Below the pieces are notes generated by a model that had not been told where the DNA came from, made no database searches, and saw nothing but the letters and a program-made list of their open reading frames with translations. A stretch of DNA of 32,000 nucleotides, taken from the NCBI RefSeq assembly GCF_034932365.1, contig NZ_JAYGHR010000068.1, positions 179 through 32,178 on the forward strand, in the 5' to 3' direction. Both the position numbers and the translations under genes were made by a program. Below are positions 1 to 10,427 of the stretch, piece by piece (positions within the stretch are counted from its first letter, which is position 1; each line of letters begins with the position of its first letter). This stretch comes from Limnoraphis robusta BA-68 BA1. GTDB taxonomy: Bacteria; Cyanobacteriota; Cyanobacteriia; Cyanobacteriales; Microcoleaceae.

Positions 1-84
1 ATTTAGAGAGTATCAAGTTTAATTTGTATTTTTAATTGTTTTTAGTTTTAGGTTGTCAACTACCCAGTTTCTTTTTTGCCCAAG

Positions 85-1875
85 ATGGATCAACAAACCC
101 TTCCCATCGACAATTCTGATATTCTCATTGTTGACGATCAACCTGCCAACCTGCGGCTTTTGTCAAGATTACTCAGTCGCAAAGGATATGAGGTTCGTCA
201 AGCGATTAACGGTACAATGGCGTTACAAGCGGTTCAGGCGAAGTTGCCTCAGTTGATTCTGTTGGATATTATGATGTCAGATATCGATGGTTATGAGGTC
301 TGTTCTCGTTTGAAAGCTAATCCCGAAACGGCTGATGTTCCGGTTATTTTTTTGAGTGCGCTTGATGATGTTTTTGATAAGGTGAAAGCGTTTACGGTGG
401 GGGCTGTAGATTATATTAGCAAACCGTTTCAATCTCAAGAAGTTTTAGCTCGGGTACAACATCATCTCGCCTTACAAGCGGTGAATCAAAAAATTTCTCT
501 ACTGAATGCGGAACTTGAACAACAAGTTAAAGAACGGACTCATCAATTGGAGGAAGTTCATGCTAAATTGACTAAAATGGCGTTTCACGATGAGTTAACA
601 GGTCTACCTAATCGAGCCTTATTTATAGATCGATTACAAGAGGCACTCAAACAAGCTCAAGCTGATTCTTCTTATAAGTTTGGATTGCTGTATATTGATT
701 GCGATCGCTTCAAAGTGGTTAATGATTCTCTCGGTCATTCGGTTGGTGATCAGTTATTAACGGCTGTGGCTCATCGATTAGCAGAGGCTTTACCCGAGGT
801 TAATATATTAGCACGGTTAGGCGGCGATGAATTTGCGATTCTCCTGACTCAAGTTGCAGATATTACGCCAGCAGTAGGGGTTGCTGAAAAAGTAATTGAA
901 ACTTTATCTTGTCCTTTCAAGCTGCGAAAATATGATGTTTATGTGAATGCGAGTATTGGTATTGCCTTGAGTAACAGTAGTTATACTCAACCTGAGCATA
1001 TTCTCCGAGACGCAGATGCAGCGATGTATCGGGCTAAAAAACAGGGAAATCGCTATCAAGTTTTTGACCCGGCAATGTATCATAAAGCGGTGCAAACGCT
1101 GCAAATTGAAACGGATTTACGGAAAGCGATTTCTCTCAATGAATTGAAACTCAATTATCAGCCGATTATTGATTTAAAGACGGGGAAATTGATGGGGTTT
1201 GAAGCTTTAGCACGCTGGATACATTCAAATCTGGGTTTTATTTCACCTGCTGAATTTATTCCGATAGCCGAAGAAACAGGTTTAATTATTCCGATTGGTT
1301 ATTGGATATTAGAACAAACTTGTCAACAACTGAAAACCTGGCAAATGAACGGTTTGGCGGGGTCAGAAATTACAATTAATGTCAATTTATCTGCGCGTCA
1401 ATTTTCTCAAATAGATTTGATTTCGCAAATTGACAAAATTTTAGAAAAAACGTCTCTAGACTCTCAATATCTAAAGTTTGAGATTACAGAAAGTGCGATT
1501 ATGGAAAATCAACAAAAAGCACAAAATGTTTTAGAACAACTTCGTGAGCGGCACATTCATATTTGTTTAGATGATTTTGGGACGGGTTATTCTTCTCTGA
1601 GTTATCTTGATTGTTTTTCGATTGATACCTTGAAAATTGATAAATCTTTTACAGGACGTTTAAATGGAACTGCTGAAAAACTGGGGTTAGTACCTGTTAT
1701 TATTAATATTGCTCATCACATGGGGATGAATGTTGTCGCGGAAGGGGTTGAAACAGTAGAACAATTAAACCAGTTACAAGAACTCAATTGTGATTTTGGT
1801 CAAGGTTATTTATTCGCAAAACCATTGGATGTGGAAAATGCAACTCAGCTCTTAGAATCATCTCTTCAATGGTAA
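85..1875 (+). CDS. Response regulator with receiver, GGDEF and EAL domains (c-di-GMP turnover)
   Basis: ORF 76..1875, with the first ATG at 85. N-terminal REC signature (ILIVDDQPANL, LLDIMMSDIDGYEV, ISKPF). GGDEF motif is intact (RLGGDEFAIL). EAL-domain motifs are intact (GFEALARW, DDFGTGYSSLSYL, KIDKSF, EGVET). Confidence 0.9.
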   Translation: MDQQTLPIDNSDILIVDDQPANLRLLSRLLSRKGYEVRQAINGTMALQAVQAKLPQLILLDIMMSDIDGYEVCSRLKANPETADVPVIFLSALDDVFDKVKAFTVGAVDYISKPFQSQEVLARVQHHLALQAVNQKISLLNAELEQQVKERTHQLEEVHAKLTKMAFHDELTGLPNRALFIDRLQEALKQAQADSSYKFGLLYIDCDRFKVVNDSLGHSVGDQLLTAVAHRLAEALPEVNILARLGGDEFAILLTQVADITPAVGVAEKVIETLSCPFKLRKYDVYVNASIGIALSNSSYTQPEHILRDADAAMYRAKKQGNRYQVFDPAMYHKAVQTLQIETDLRKAISLNELKLNYQPIIDLKTGKLMGFEALARWIHSNLGFISPAEFIPIAEETGLIIPIGYWILEQTCQQLKTWQMNGLAGSEITINVNLSARQFSQIDLISQIDKILEKTSLDSQYLKFEITESAIMENQQKAQNVLEQLRERHIHICLDDFGTGYSSLSYLDCFSIDTLKIDKSFTGRLNGTAEKLGLVPVIINIAHHMGMNVVAEGVETVEQLNQLQELNCDFGQGYLFAKPLDVENATQLLESSLQW

Positions 1876-2145
1876 ACCCCATGAGTCGCAATTGTATTTT
1901 TGAAAACTCTGGCATTACTACACATAAAAGGCTCAAACTGTGTAGCCTGAGCCTGTGAAAATTTATGCTAAAATCGGTGTAATTGAAAACACGATCTAAA
2001 AAATCATCAAACTCGAAAACAGAGAAAAAATGCGTTTTCTATAAGAGTTTTCATCCGTAAGGGCGGGTTGAATTGCACTTTATCGATTGATAGAATGGCG
2101 AATCTACCTATCCCAAATCGGCTGCAAAAACTCTATACACACAAG

Positions 2146-3165
<1,020 letters not shown>

Positions 3166-3539
3166 TCAATTACAAGATGATATTGTCTCATTCTTGGTTA
3201 CTGATTACTTTTGTTGCTGAGGCGAAGTGTTTGGAAAGCTTGTCTGCTATTGGAAAACCGGAACGTAAAGAACTATTACAACTGATTTCAACTGATTTCT
3301 CTGTTCGTTAGCCGTTTCCGACAGCACCTCTGACTTGCGATAGAAAGGGCAAAATCGAAAAGTCTATCTTTAGACAGTGGTGCAATTGGGTTTGTCGATG
3401 TGATAATCAATCCAGAATGAATGCGTTTGTTTGTTCCTTATCGACAAGAAAGACTTGAGGGTATTTTTAAGGGACTGGGCAGTTAACCCAGTCCTTATTT
3501 TTTTGCAAAATCTCACGAACACCTTAGATTTGAGTGAAC

Positions 3540-4892
3540 TTACTTCTGAGAATCTATCGAGCAAGTTTCAAAACTACATTGATTAAAGCGTTTTCTTCTA
3601 GATGCAACAAACTTGTAAATCTTAGGGCCAAAATTCGATGAACCTGGAAGATAGAGAACCAGTTGTAACGGCCATAAAATCGGAATATACCGCAAAATTT
3701 CTCGAAAGGCAAAAAATCCCTTTCTGACCGCTCCATTCGGTAAAATTAAGTGCATTTCCTCTAGACAAGCTTGCAGTGAAATCTGTGGATGAGTCTCAGC
3801 TATCCTTGGCCATCGTTGTTCTAAATCACTGTAAATTAGACGATTAAACCAATCAAAATAACACAATACTGTCATTGAGCGAATACACAGAGGACATAGA
3901 CCATCATAGAGAATTTCCGGTTTCTGATTTGAGGCGGAAGACCAGGGACGAGTCGTGAATTTTTGAACAATAGAAGCCCAAGGAATAAACACCGCATAAA
4001 GTGCAATAAACTGGAAAAAAGGCGCTCTCTGGGCTAAATAAATGCCGATGTGAAGAGATGCTCCTAAAGGAATATAAATCCAGACAAGTTGTGGAAAAAT
4101 CAGCACGAGAAAGAAAGTGGCTTCAAACCCAACCGCCATCAATGAAGATAGCACCGCCATTGTATGATTATGTGCGAGCCAGACTCCTAAATCACTTCCC
4201 CAGCGCAAACCATCTGTTAGCAAATAGTATTGCAGTGTATATCCATTGAACCAATCTAATCCATCATTCGTGAGTTTAGCTAGTCCTGCACTCAGATAAA
4301 CCAATGCAAACATCCACTGAACAAACAGTAACGGCCAGCGAGCAAAACTGCTATTTTCCTCTACAATATTGAAGGTTTCAAACTTTCGTTTTTTCAGGTT
4401 AAATTGAATCCGTTTTCCGATGTCATCAATCGATAAAACTCGACCAGATGGACTGAGTGCCAGCACAAATAAAGCCATCATCATTAAAGCTTCAGGATGA
4501 TGATATTTTCCAAAAGAATAGAGATATTTTTGCATCCAAAGACAGCCGAGTGAGAAGGGGATTAAACTCAAGTTGGTTTTGAAACCGAGTAAAGCAAAAA
4601 GCCCTGTTCCTACGGTAATCCAGTAAATCGCAAATATAAAAATATCGGGTGGCGGTTCACTCCAGCCAAAGGGTAAAGTTAGTAATTGAACAAAAGGTAA
4701 AGGAGTATAAACAGCATCAGGCCATGAGGCTCGATTCAAGATATTATTGAAATAGTCTGGTTTGAGAATATAGATGAGTTGAAAGGTGACAAAAATAATC
4801 CGACAAATAGCCAGATTAAACAAGGGTGCTGGACGAAACCAGTAATTATTCCAGATTTCTAAGATTGAATGTTGACGTTTTTGTATTTCCAT
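3540..4892 (-). CDS. Polytopic membrane protein (HTTM-like) fused to a C-terminal DCC/DUF393-type thiol-disulfide oxidoreductase domain
   Basis: 450-aa ORF. The first ~320 aa hold many hydrophobic helices. The C-terminal part carries the CxxC motif ILYDGLCPLCIRSM typical of DCC-family proteins. The HTTM assignment is from recollection only. Confidence 0.55.
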   Translation of the reverse strand: MEIQKRQHSILEIWNNYWFRPAPLFNLAICRIIFVTFQLIYILKPDYFNNILNRASWPDAVYTPLPFVQLLTLPFGWSEPPPDIFIFAIYWITVGTGLFALLGFKTNLSLIPFSLGCLWMQKYLYSFGKYHHPEALMMMALFVLALSPSGRVLSIDDIGKRIQFNLKKRKFETFNIVEENSSFARWPLLFVQWMFALVYLSAGLAKLTNDGLDWFNGYTLQYYLLTDGLRWGSDLGVWLAHNHTMAVLSSLMAVGFEATFFLVLIFPQLVWIYIPLGASLHIGIYLAQRAPFFQFIALYAVFIPWASIVQKFTTRPWSSASNQKPEILYDGLCPLCIRSMTVLCYFDWFNRLIYSDLEQRWPRIAETHPQISLQACLEEMHLILPNGAVRKGFFAFREILRYIPILWPLQLVLYLPGSSNFGPKIYKFVASRRKRFNQCSFETCSIDSQK

Positions 4893-4905
4893 TTTTTTCT
4901 CCAGA

Positions 4906-5403
4906 CTATTTTTTAAATATAGTTTTTGTGACAGTTTCAGGAATGATTTTAATACCGTCTTTGGTAATTTTATAACTGTCCACGTTTAACAATAGTTCCT
5001 GAATCTGCTTTCCATTTTTAGCTTCATACAGTTTGATAAATTCAGATAATGTCTGCTCATCCTTTTGTATATTTGCTGTATAAGTTTTAAACTTATAATC
5101 TTTCATTCCCAGTGATTTATGATTGAAAACTCCTTCTGTTCCATCGGTTAATTTACCAACTAAAGTATACTTTTTGACGGTTTCTCCTTCATACTTTGCA
5201 CTGCTATACATTGCATAGGATAAAAAAGGATAAAGTAGCGGATCACAACCTACATTAACAGCAGCAGGTAAAAAAGAAAAGATCTGCCCTAAGCAAAAAA
5301 ATCTAACCGCAGCCCCTGTTTGCAAAATTAAGCAGATCAGGATCAACGGAGAGATGAGCTGTTTTGCTCTGTTTTCGAGATTTATGGAAAGTGTGGTTTT
5401 CAT
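4906..5403 (-). CDS. Hypothetical protein with an N-terminal transmembrane segment
   Basis: 165-aa ORF starting 14 bp downstream of the HTTM/DCC gene on the same strand, so probably co-transcribed. It has a hydrophobic N-terminus and no recognisable motif. Confidence 0.5.
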   Translation of the reverse strand: MKTTLSINLENRAKQLISPLILICLILQTGAAVRFFCLGQIFSFLPAAVNVGCDPLLYPFLSYAMYSSAKYEGETVKKYTLVGKLTDGTEGVFNHKSLGMKDYKFKTYTANIQKDEQTLSEFIKLYEAKNGKQIQELLLNVDSYKITKDGIKIIPETVTKTIFKK

Positions 5404-5459
5404 TGTTTTTCCCTGATATTAATGCTTGTTTCCGTTAAAAAACTTGAATCACGACTGAA

Positions 5460-6734
5460 CTAAAGAAAAAATGAGAATGCTTTTTTGAATCGATAAACTG
5501 CTTGTTTAAACCCTTGGATAAATTGCTGAACACTTTTTAAAGCTAATCGTTTTAATCGATAACGAACAACTTGATAACGATGATCAATTGTCGGCATTCT
5601 GAGCAAGATATAAACAGCTTTTCGAGTCAAACGAGCGAGAAATCCTTTCAGTTCTATTCCAAAACTAGAGACAGTTGCAGAGTGAACTCCTAACGTTAAC
5701 ATCTGTCCTAAATGTAAATAATGAAACGCTCGTAAGGGTTTTTTATCAATTGCTGCTTTGAGATTTTTAGCCGCACAATTTGCTTGTTGAAATGCGGCTT
5801 GAGCCGTTGTTGGAACTTGTTGACCTTTGCGATCGCGTATATCTGCTAAATCACCTAAAGCAAAGACTTCAGGAAAATCAATCAGTTGCAGTGTCGGTTG
5901 AGTTAGTAGCTGTCCTTGACTATTATGTTGACATGAGAGAAGATGTAGCCATTCTCTGGCTTGAGTTCCAATGGTTCCAATCACTAAATCCACAGGAACA
6001 GTATAGGTTTGACTTCCCTGAATTATATTAATAGAATTTTCACCTACCGCCTCAACTTGGGTTTGAAACTTGATCTGAACACCCCGATTAATTAGGGATT
6101 TATACGCCACATTTTGGCAACAGGTAGAAAAGTTTTTGAGGATTTTTTGACCTCGAACAATTAAAGAAATCTCGCCTCGTTCTCCTAAACGATCTACTAA
6201 TTTCCCTGCTAATTCAACTGCATTTGCTCCGCCACCGAGAATTCCAACTCTAATTTTAGATAAGTTAGAATTTTCGAGAATGTGTAGTTTCTCTTGCAAA
6301 CGTATTGCATCACTTAGGGTTCGGAAAGCATAAGCATGAGTCGAGACACCTGGAACATCAGAATAGGTTCGTCTTCCAACAGCGAGAACTAAATAATCGT
6401 AGAATAAAGCAGGGCTATCTTGCAGTTGAATTTGATGTCTTTCTAAATCAACCCCTTGGATCGTTCCTTGACGAAATTGCACCTCAGTGTCTATTAATAA
6501 TTTTCAAAAGGGAGGCGCAACTTCCCAAGTTTGAAGTTCTCCTGTGATTAATTCATAGAGAAAGGGAGTAAACAGGAAGCGATCTTTTTGATCAATTAAA
6601 ATAATTTCGGGTTTGTTCGCTTTAGATCCAAATAGACGATCTAAGTACAAAGCTGTGTATAACCCCGCAAACCCACCCCCGAGAATACAAATTCGAGCTT
6701 GATTGCTCGACCCTGATTGTAAATTTTTCAGCAT
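5460..6734 (-). pseudogene. Type II NADH dehydrogenase (NDH-2, FAD/NAD(P)-binding oxidoreductase) interrupted by a single in-frame TGA
   Basis: ORFs 6504..6734 (RICILGGGFAGLYTALYL dinucleotide-binding motif) and 5460..6482 (second GGGANAVELAG motif, ALGDLA) lie in the same frame. They are separated only by TGA at 6504-6506 and seven sense codons (PPF*KLLIDTEVQFRQG). Confidence 0.75.
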
Positions 6735-7004
6735 ATATTAGCCTCTTACATAGAGAGGTTTGTCAATAGCTTAATTAGACCGATGAACGCTATCCAAGCG
6801 ATAGCAGTGACTGGGTAAAGTTTAGAGGTTTTTTTGAAACTTTCAAGGATTTTATCAAACAATAGAAATGAGCTTATGCGGTTCAAATGACTAATACAAG
6901 ATACTTATGTAAAATAATCCGGGTGGAATGTAAAGGGTTTGTAAAATCTCTCTTGATTTTTTAGGGATTTAGCTTAAACTTGATCCATTTTTCCAAGATT
7001 TGAG

Positions 7005-7012
7005 GCGATCGC
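7005..7012. repeat. HIP1 octamer GCGATCGC (one of at least 14 copies)
   Basis: Copies read at 701, 5829, 7005, 8713, 9313, 10783, 11237, 13588, 14557, 15383, 18384, 19032, 21719 and 25783. This many is far above chance for an 8-mer and is a hallmark of many cyanobacterial genomes. Confidence 0.9.
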
Positions 7013-7196
7013 ATTTCTCGGGCTGAGGTTGAGGGACTGATGTTTTTCCCGAATTCCTCAAATTTATTGGATTTTATTGATTAATCTAAGTAGTCGGACA
7101 TAAATCAACCAAGCTGTGTCAACAACTGTAAATCTTGCTCAATTCCTTACGGTTCCCAGATCCGCCGGAACCTGTTCCCTTGTCTTCACGATTAAC

Positions 7197-7227
7197 TTGA
7201 CTTTTCCCCGACGACTTATGCTATAAT
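7197..7227 (+). promoter_or_regulatory. Candidate sigma70-type promoter for the tRNA-Leu gene
   Basis: TTGACT at 7197-7202 and TATAAT at 7222-7227. The 19-bp spacing is longer than optimal. The -10 box ends 16 nt before the mature tRNA 5' end. Confidence 0.35.
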
Positions 7228-7243
7228 AGAATGCTAGGAATAA

Positions 7244-7325
7244 GCGGACGTGGCGGAATTGGTAGACGCGCTAGATTTAGGTTCTAGTACCGCAAGGTGT
7301 GAAGGTTCAAGTCCTTTCGTCCGCA
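7244..7325 (+). tRNA. tRNA-Leu (anticodon UAG), class II with a long variable arm; CCA not encoded
   Basis: Acceptor stem GCGGACG/CGTCCGC with discriminator A. Anticodon stem CTAGA/TCTAG with loop TTTAGGT (anticodon TAG). Variable arm TACCGCAAGGTGT. T arm GAAGG-TTCAAGT-CCTTT. Confidence 0.9.
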
Positions 7326-7369
7326 TTAACTTCATCAAAAAAAACACTTAAGGGACAAGGCTTTCACTT

Positions 7370-7407
7370 GCGGATTCACATATTTGCAGAATCTCAATGG
7401 TTTTGAC
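7370..7407 (+). other. Non-coding relic or copy of an internal tnsC segment, lying between the tRNA and the transposon end
   Basis: gcggattcac + atatttgcagaatctcaatggtttt matches tnsC positions 10064-10073 and 10075-10099. That is 35 identical nt with a single 1-nt gap. Confidence 0.8.
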
Positions 7408-7453
7408 CGTAATAAACCTAACTTGGTTTTATTACTAAAGACGTTATACAATA

Positions 7454-7700
7454 TGTCGAGTATCAAATTATATTTCGTTTTCTCAAATTAATTTCGCTAG
7501 AATAAATTAGCTGAAATCATCTTATAGCAATACTTTCAAGGATTATAGCCCGATTTTCGCAACCCAATCAATTTCACAAATTAGTTTTCGTTTTTTAAAG
7601 AAATCACAAATTAGTTTTCGTTTTTTAAAAAAGCGGCGATTTTAAGTATTTTTCCATCGATCACAAATTAAGCTTCATTTTTTAAAATTTTTGTGATATC
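7454..7700 (+). mobile_element. Tn7-like (type V-K CAST-like) transposon left end with TnsB-binding-type repeats
   Basis: The terminus TGTCGAGTATCAAATTA resembles the ShCAST left end I recall (TGTACAGTGACAAATTA). Repeats of the form [TC]CA[AC]AAATTA-N-TT[TC]G occur at 7461-7481 and 7482-7497. There is an exact 26-bp duplicate tcacaaattagttttcgttttttaaa at 7574-7599 and 7604-7629, and a third copy at 7661-7687. This region lies immediately upstream of tnsB. Confidence 0.65.
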
Positions 7701-7763
7701 TTGATTTTATTGTGGCTGTTGACGAATTACTCTATACCAAGCAAGATTGCCCAAGACAAACCC

Positions 7764-9509
7764 ATGAACGACTCACTCGTCAATAAGTCTAACGGTGATT
7801 CATTTCAACTCAATCTTTCTTCAATTTCAGAGGAGGTTCCCGAAGTTACAGAACCTTCACACCAAACGGAAGGGTACGAGATAGTAACAGAACTTTCCTC
7901 CGAAGCCAAGCTCAAGATGGAATGTGTTCAAAACATCTTATCTGCACCCAATCGCAAAATTAGAGGAGAGAGAGTTAAAGAAGCCGCAGCTAAGTTGGGG
8001 AAAACTGTCCGAACAATTCAGTATCTACTCAAAGATTATAACGAGAAAGGCATATCTGCCATCACCGTAACAGAACGCTCGGATAAAGGAGAATATCGGA
8101 TTAGCCCACAATGGCAAGATTTTATTATTAAGACTTACAAGGATGGTAATAAACAGGGGCGTAAAATGACTCCCGCTCAAGTAGCGATTCGGGTAGCAGC
8201 AGAAGCGGATCGGCAGGGATTGACAGAATTTCCTTCTCGGATGAGTGTTTATCGGGTTCTCAACCCCATTATTGAGAAGAAACAGAAAAAGCAAAAAATC
8301 CGTAATATAGGTTGGACAGGTTCAACGCTTTCCCATAAAACTCGTGCGGGTTCAACAATAGAAGTCAAGTACAGCAACCACGTTTGGCAGTGCGATCATA
8401 CCCCACTCGACATCATGCTCGTTGACCGATACGGTAAACCTCTAAGCCGTCCCCGGTTAACGAAAATCACCGATAGCTATTCTCGCTGCATCATGGGAAT
8501 TTACCTGGATTTTGACTCACCCAGTTCTCAAGTGGTATCTTTGGCTTTGCGTCATGCAATTTTGCCCAAAAAATACAGCCCTGAATTCAAGCTCAATTGT
8601 GAGTGGGGAACTTATGGGGTGCCGGAACATCTGTTTACCGATGGAGGTAAGGAGTTCAAATCCGATCACTTGAAACAGATTGCTTTTCAACTCCAGATGG
8701 AGCATCATTTGCGCGATCGCCCTTCCGAAGGGGGTATTGAAGAACGTGGGTTTGGAATAATTAATACAGATTTTTTAGCGGGTTTCTCTGGATATCTTGG
8801 TTCTAATGTTCAACAACGCCCTCCCGAAGCTGAGAAAGAAGCTTGCCTAACTTTGGAAGAACTTCACCAATTGATTGTCCGCTATATTGTGGACAATTAC
8901 AACCAAAAAATCGATGCTCGTAGTGGAAATCAAACTCGGTTTCAACGTTGGGAAGCAGGTTTACCTGCGCTTCCGCGATTGATCGGCGAGCGAGAGTTGG
9001 ATGTTTGCCTGAAAAAACAAACCCGACGGACAATTTATCGAGGAGGATATCTAACCTTTGAGAATATCCGATACCGAGGAGACACTTTGGCTGCCTATGC
9101 AGGGGACAACGTAATTTTGCGTTACGATCCCAGAGATATTACAACCGTGTGGGTTTATCGCTTAGACAAGGGAAAAGAAGTCTTTTTAGCACCTGCCAAT
9201 GCGATGGACTTGGAACGAGAATGTTTATCTCTTGAAGAAGCCAAAGCCGCAAGCAGAAAAATACGGGCCGAGGCGAAGACGATTAGCAACCATTCTATTC
9301 TCGAAGAAGTACGCGATCGCGATGCTTTTATCAAGGATAAGAAAAAGAAAAAAAGTGTTCAGCAGCGAAAGAAAGAGGAACAGAAATTGGTTCATCCTTC
9401 TCCAGAGCCAATCACTCAACGAGAAGAACCTGCTGTAGAACAAACTCTTTCTCCTGTTAAGAGGCGAGTTTTTGACTATGACCAACTCCGTAGAGATTAT
9501 GACGGGTAG
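7764..9509 (+). CDS. tnsB: Tn7-like transposase TnsB (DDE/RNase H-fold, Mu-type)
   Basis: ORF 7701..9509, with the first ATG at 7764 giving 581 aa. DDE region motifs: HVWQCDHTPLDIMLVD and LFTDGGKEFKS. The size and Lys-rich C-terminal tail fit V-K TnsB (ShCAST TnsB is about 584 aa as I recall). Confidence 0.88.
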   Translation: MNDSLVNKSNGDSFQLNLSSISEEVPEVTEPSHQTEGYEIVTELSSEAKLKMECVQNILSAPNRKIRGERVKEAAAKLGKTVRTIQYLLKDYNEKGISAITVTERSDKGEYRISPQWQDFIIKTYKDGNKQGRKMTPAQVAIRVAAEADRQGLTEFPSRMSVYRVLNPIIEKKQKKQKIRNIGWTGSTLSHKTRAGSTIEVKYSNHVWQCDHTPLDIMLVDRYGKPLSRPRLTKITDSYSRCIMGIYLDFDSPSSQVVSLALRHAILPKKYSPEFKLNCEWGTYGVPEHLFTDGGKEFKSDHLKQIAFQLQMEHHLRDRPSEGGIEERGFGIINTDFLAGFSGYLGSNVQQRPPEAEKEACLTLEELHQLIVRYIVDNYNQKIDARSGNQTRFQRWEAGLPALPRLIGERELDVCLKKQTRRTIYRGGYLTFENIRYRGDTLAAYAGDNVILRYDPRDITTVWVYRLDKGKEVFLAPANAMDLERECLSLEEAKAASRKIRAEAKTISNHSILEEVRDRDAFIKDKKKKKSVQQRKKEEQKLVHPSPEPITQREEPAVEQTLSPVKRRVFDYDQLRRDYDG

Positions 9510-9587
9510 TTTGTTGAGCGTGTTGAGAGAGGATTTCAAGATTGTTTAATTAAATATTTTTGACCTTGGTGCAGAACTTAAAATATC

Positions 9588-10421
9588 ATGGCAGATGATT
9601 TACGCAAATGGATAGAAAATCTCTGGGGAGACGAGCCTCTGACAGCAGAAACCCAAAAAGAACTGGAACGTTTAATCTCTCCCCAGGTGATTGAGCTTGA
9701 TCATATCGAGAAAATTCATAGTTGGCTCAATGATTTGCGCCTGATGAAACAATGCGGCCGAATTATTGCACCGTCTCGAACGGGAAAATCTGTGACTTGC
9801 GACATTTATCGGCTGCTAAACAGACCTCAAAAACGCTTGGGAAGAAGGGATATTATACCCGTTTTATATACGCAAGTTCCGGGGGACTGTCAGTCGGGAG
9901 AATTATTATCCTTGCTACTGGAAGAATTAGGCTATGATGAAACCTCGGGCAACGTGACTCAACTTCGCCGCCGCTTACAGAGGTTACTCAAAGAGTCAAA
10001 GGTGGAGATGATTATTATTGATGAAGCCAATTTCCTCAACCTCAAAACCTTGAGTGAAATTGCGCGGATTCACGATATTTGCAGAATCTCAATGGTTTTA
10101 ACTGGAACAGATGAATTAGATAATCTAATAAAAAAAAAGGAGTACATTCACAGGCGATTTGTTGAATGTTATCGGCTCAAAGCCCTAACAGAAAATCAAT
10201 TCCCTAAAGTTGTTCAAATGTGGGAAGATGATATTGTTAAGCTGCCCGTTCCTTCTAACTTAACAAAGCCAGAAACCTTGAGACGATTGTACGAGAAAAC
10301 GGGTGGCACAATTGGTCTCTTGGATCGAGTTTTAAGAAGGGCTGCGATTCTTTCATTGAAGAAGGGCAATTCCAAGATTGATCGGGAAACTTTGGATGAA
10401 GTTCTGGTTCGATATGAGTAA
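9588..10421 (+). CDS. tnsC: AAA+ transposition regulator TnsC (short V-K type)
   Basis: 277 aa. Walker A is PSRTGKS and Walker B is MIIIDEAN. The sequence reads colinear with ShCAST TnsC as I recall it (VLTGTDELD, MWEDDIVKLPVPSNL). Confidence 0.88.
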   Translation: MADDLRKWIENLWGDEPLTAETQKELERLISPQVIELDHIEKIHSWLNDLRLMKQCGRIIAPSRTGKSVTCDIYRLLNRPQKRLGRRDIIPVLYTQVPGDCQSGELLSLLLEELGYDETSGNVTQLRRRLQRLLKESKVEMIIIDEANFLNLKTLSEIARIHDICRISMVLTGTDELDNLIKKKEYIHRRFVECYRLKALTENQFPKVVQMWEDDIVKLPVPSNLTKPETLRRLYEKTGGTIGLLDRVLRRAAILSLKKGNSKIDRETLDEVLVRYE

Positions 10422-10427
10422 TGAGAT

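Noticed and set aside
9-30. gagtatcaa and taatttgta near the window start resemble the transposon end sequence
   Set aside because: The identity is only about 9 nt, which is close to chance expectation for a window of this size. There are no repeated TnsB-type sites, and the sequence is not in the inverted orientation expected of a right end.
53-256. ORF 53..256 overlapping the start of the response-regulator gene
   Set aside because: It is an off-frame overlap with a 599-aa ORF that has strong domain signatures.
1928-1956. Hairpin ggctca-N12-tgagcc downstream of the GGDEF-EAL gene, as a possible terminator
   Set aside because: The stem is only 6 bp with a 12-nt loop and no following T-run. 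This is weak evidence.
3370-3736. Short ORFs 3370..3564 and 3554..3736
   Set aside because: One lies in the por/HTTM intergenic region and the other off-frame inside the HTTM/DCC gene. Neither has motifs or a convincing start context.
9330-9400. Lys-rich tract (KDKKKKKSVQQRKKEEQK) near the TnsB C-terminus
   Set aside because: It is a low-complexity basic tail consistent with the flexible C-terminal TnsC-interacting region of TnsB proteins. It is not a separate feature.
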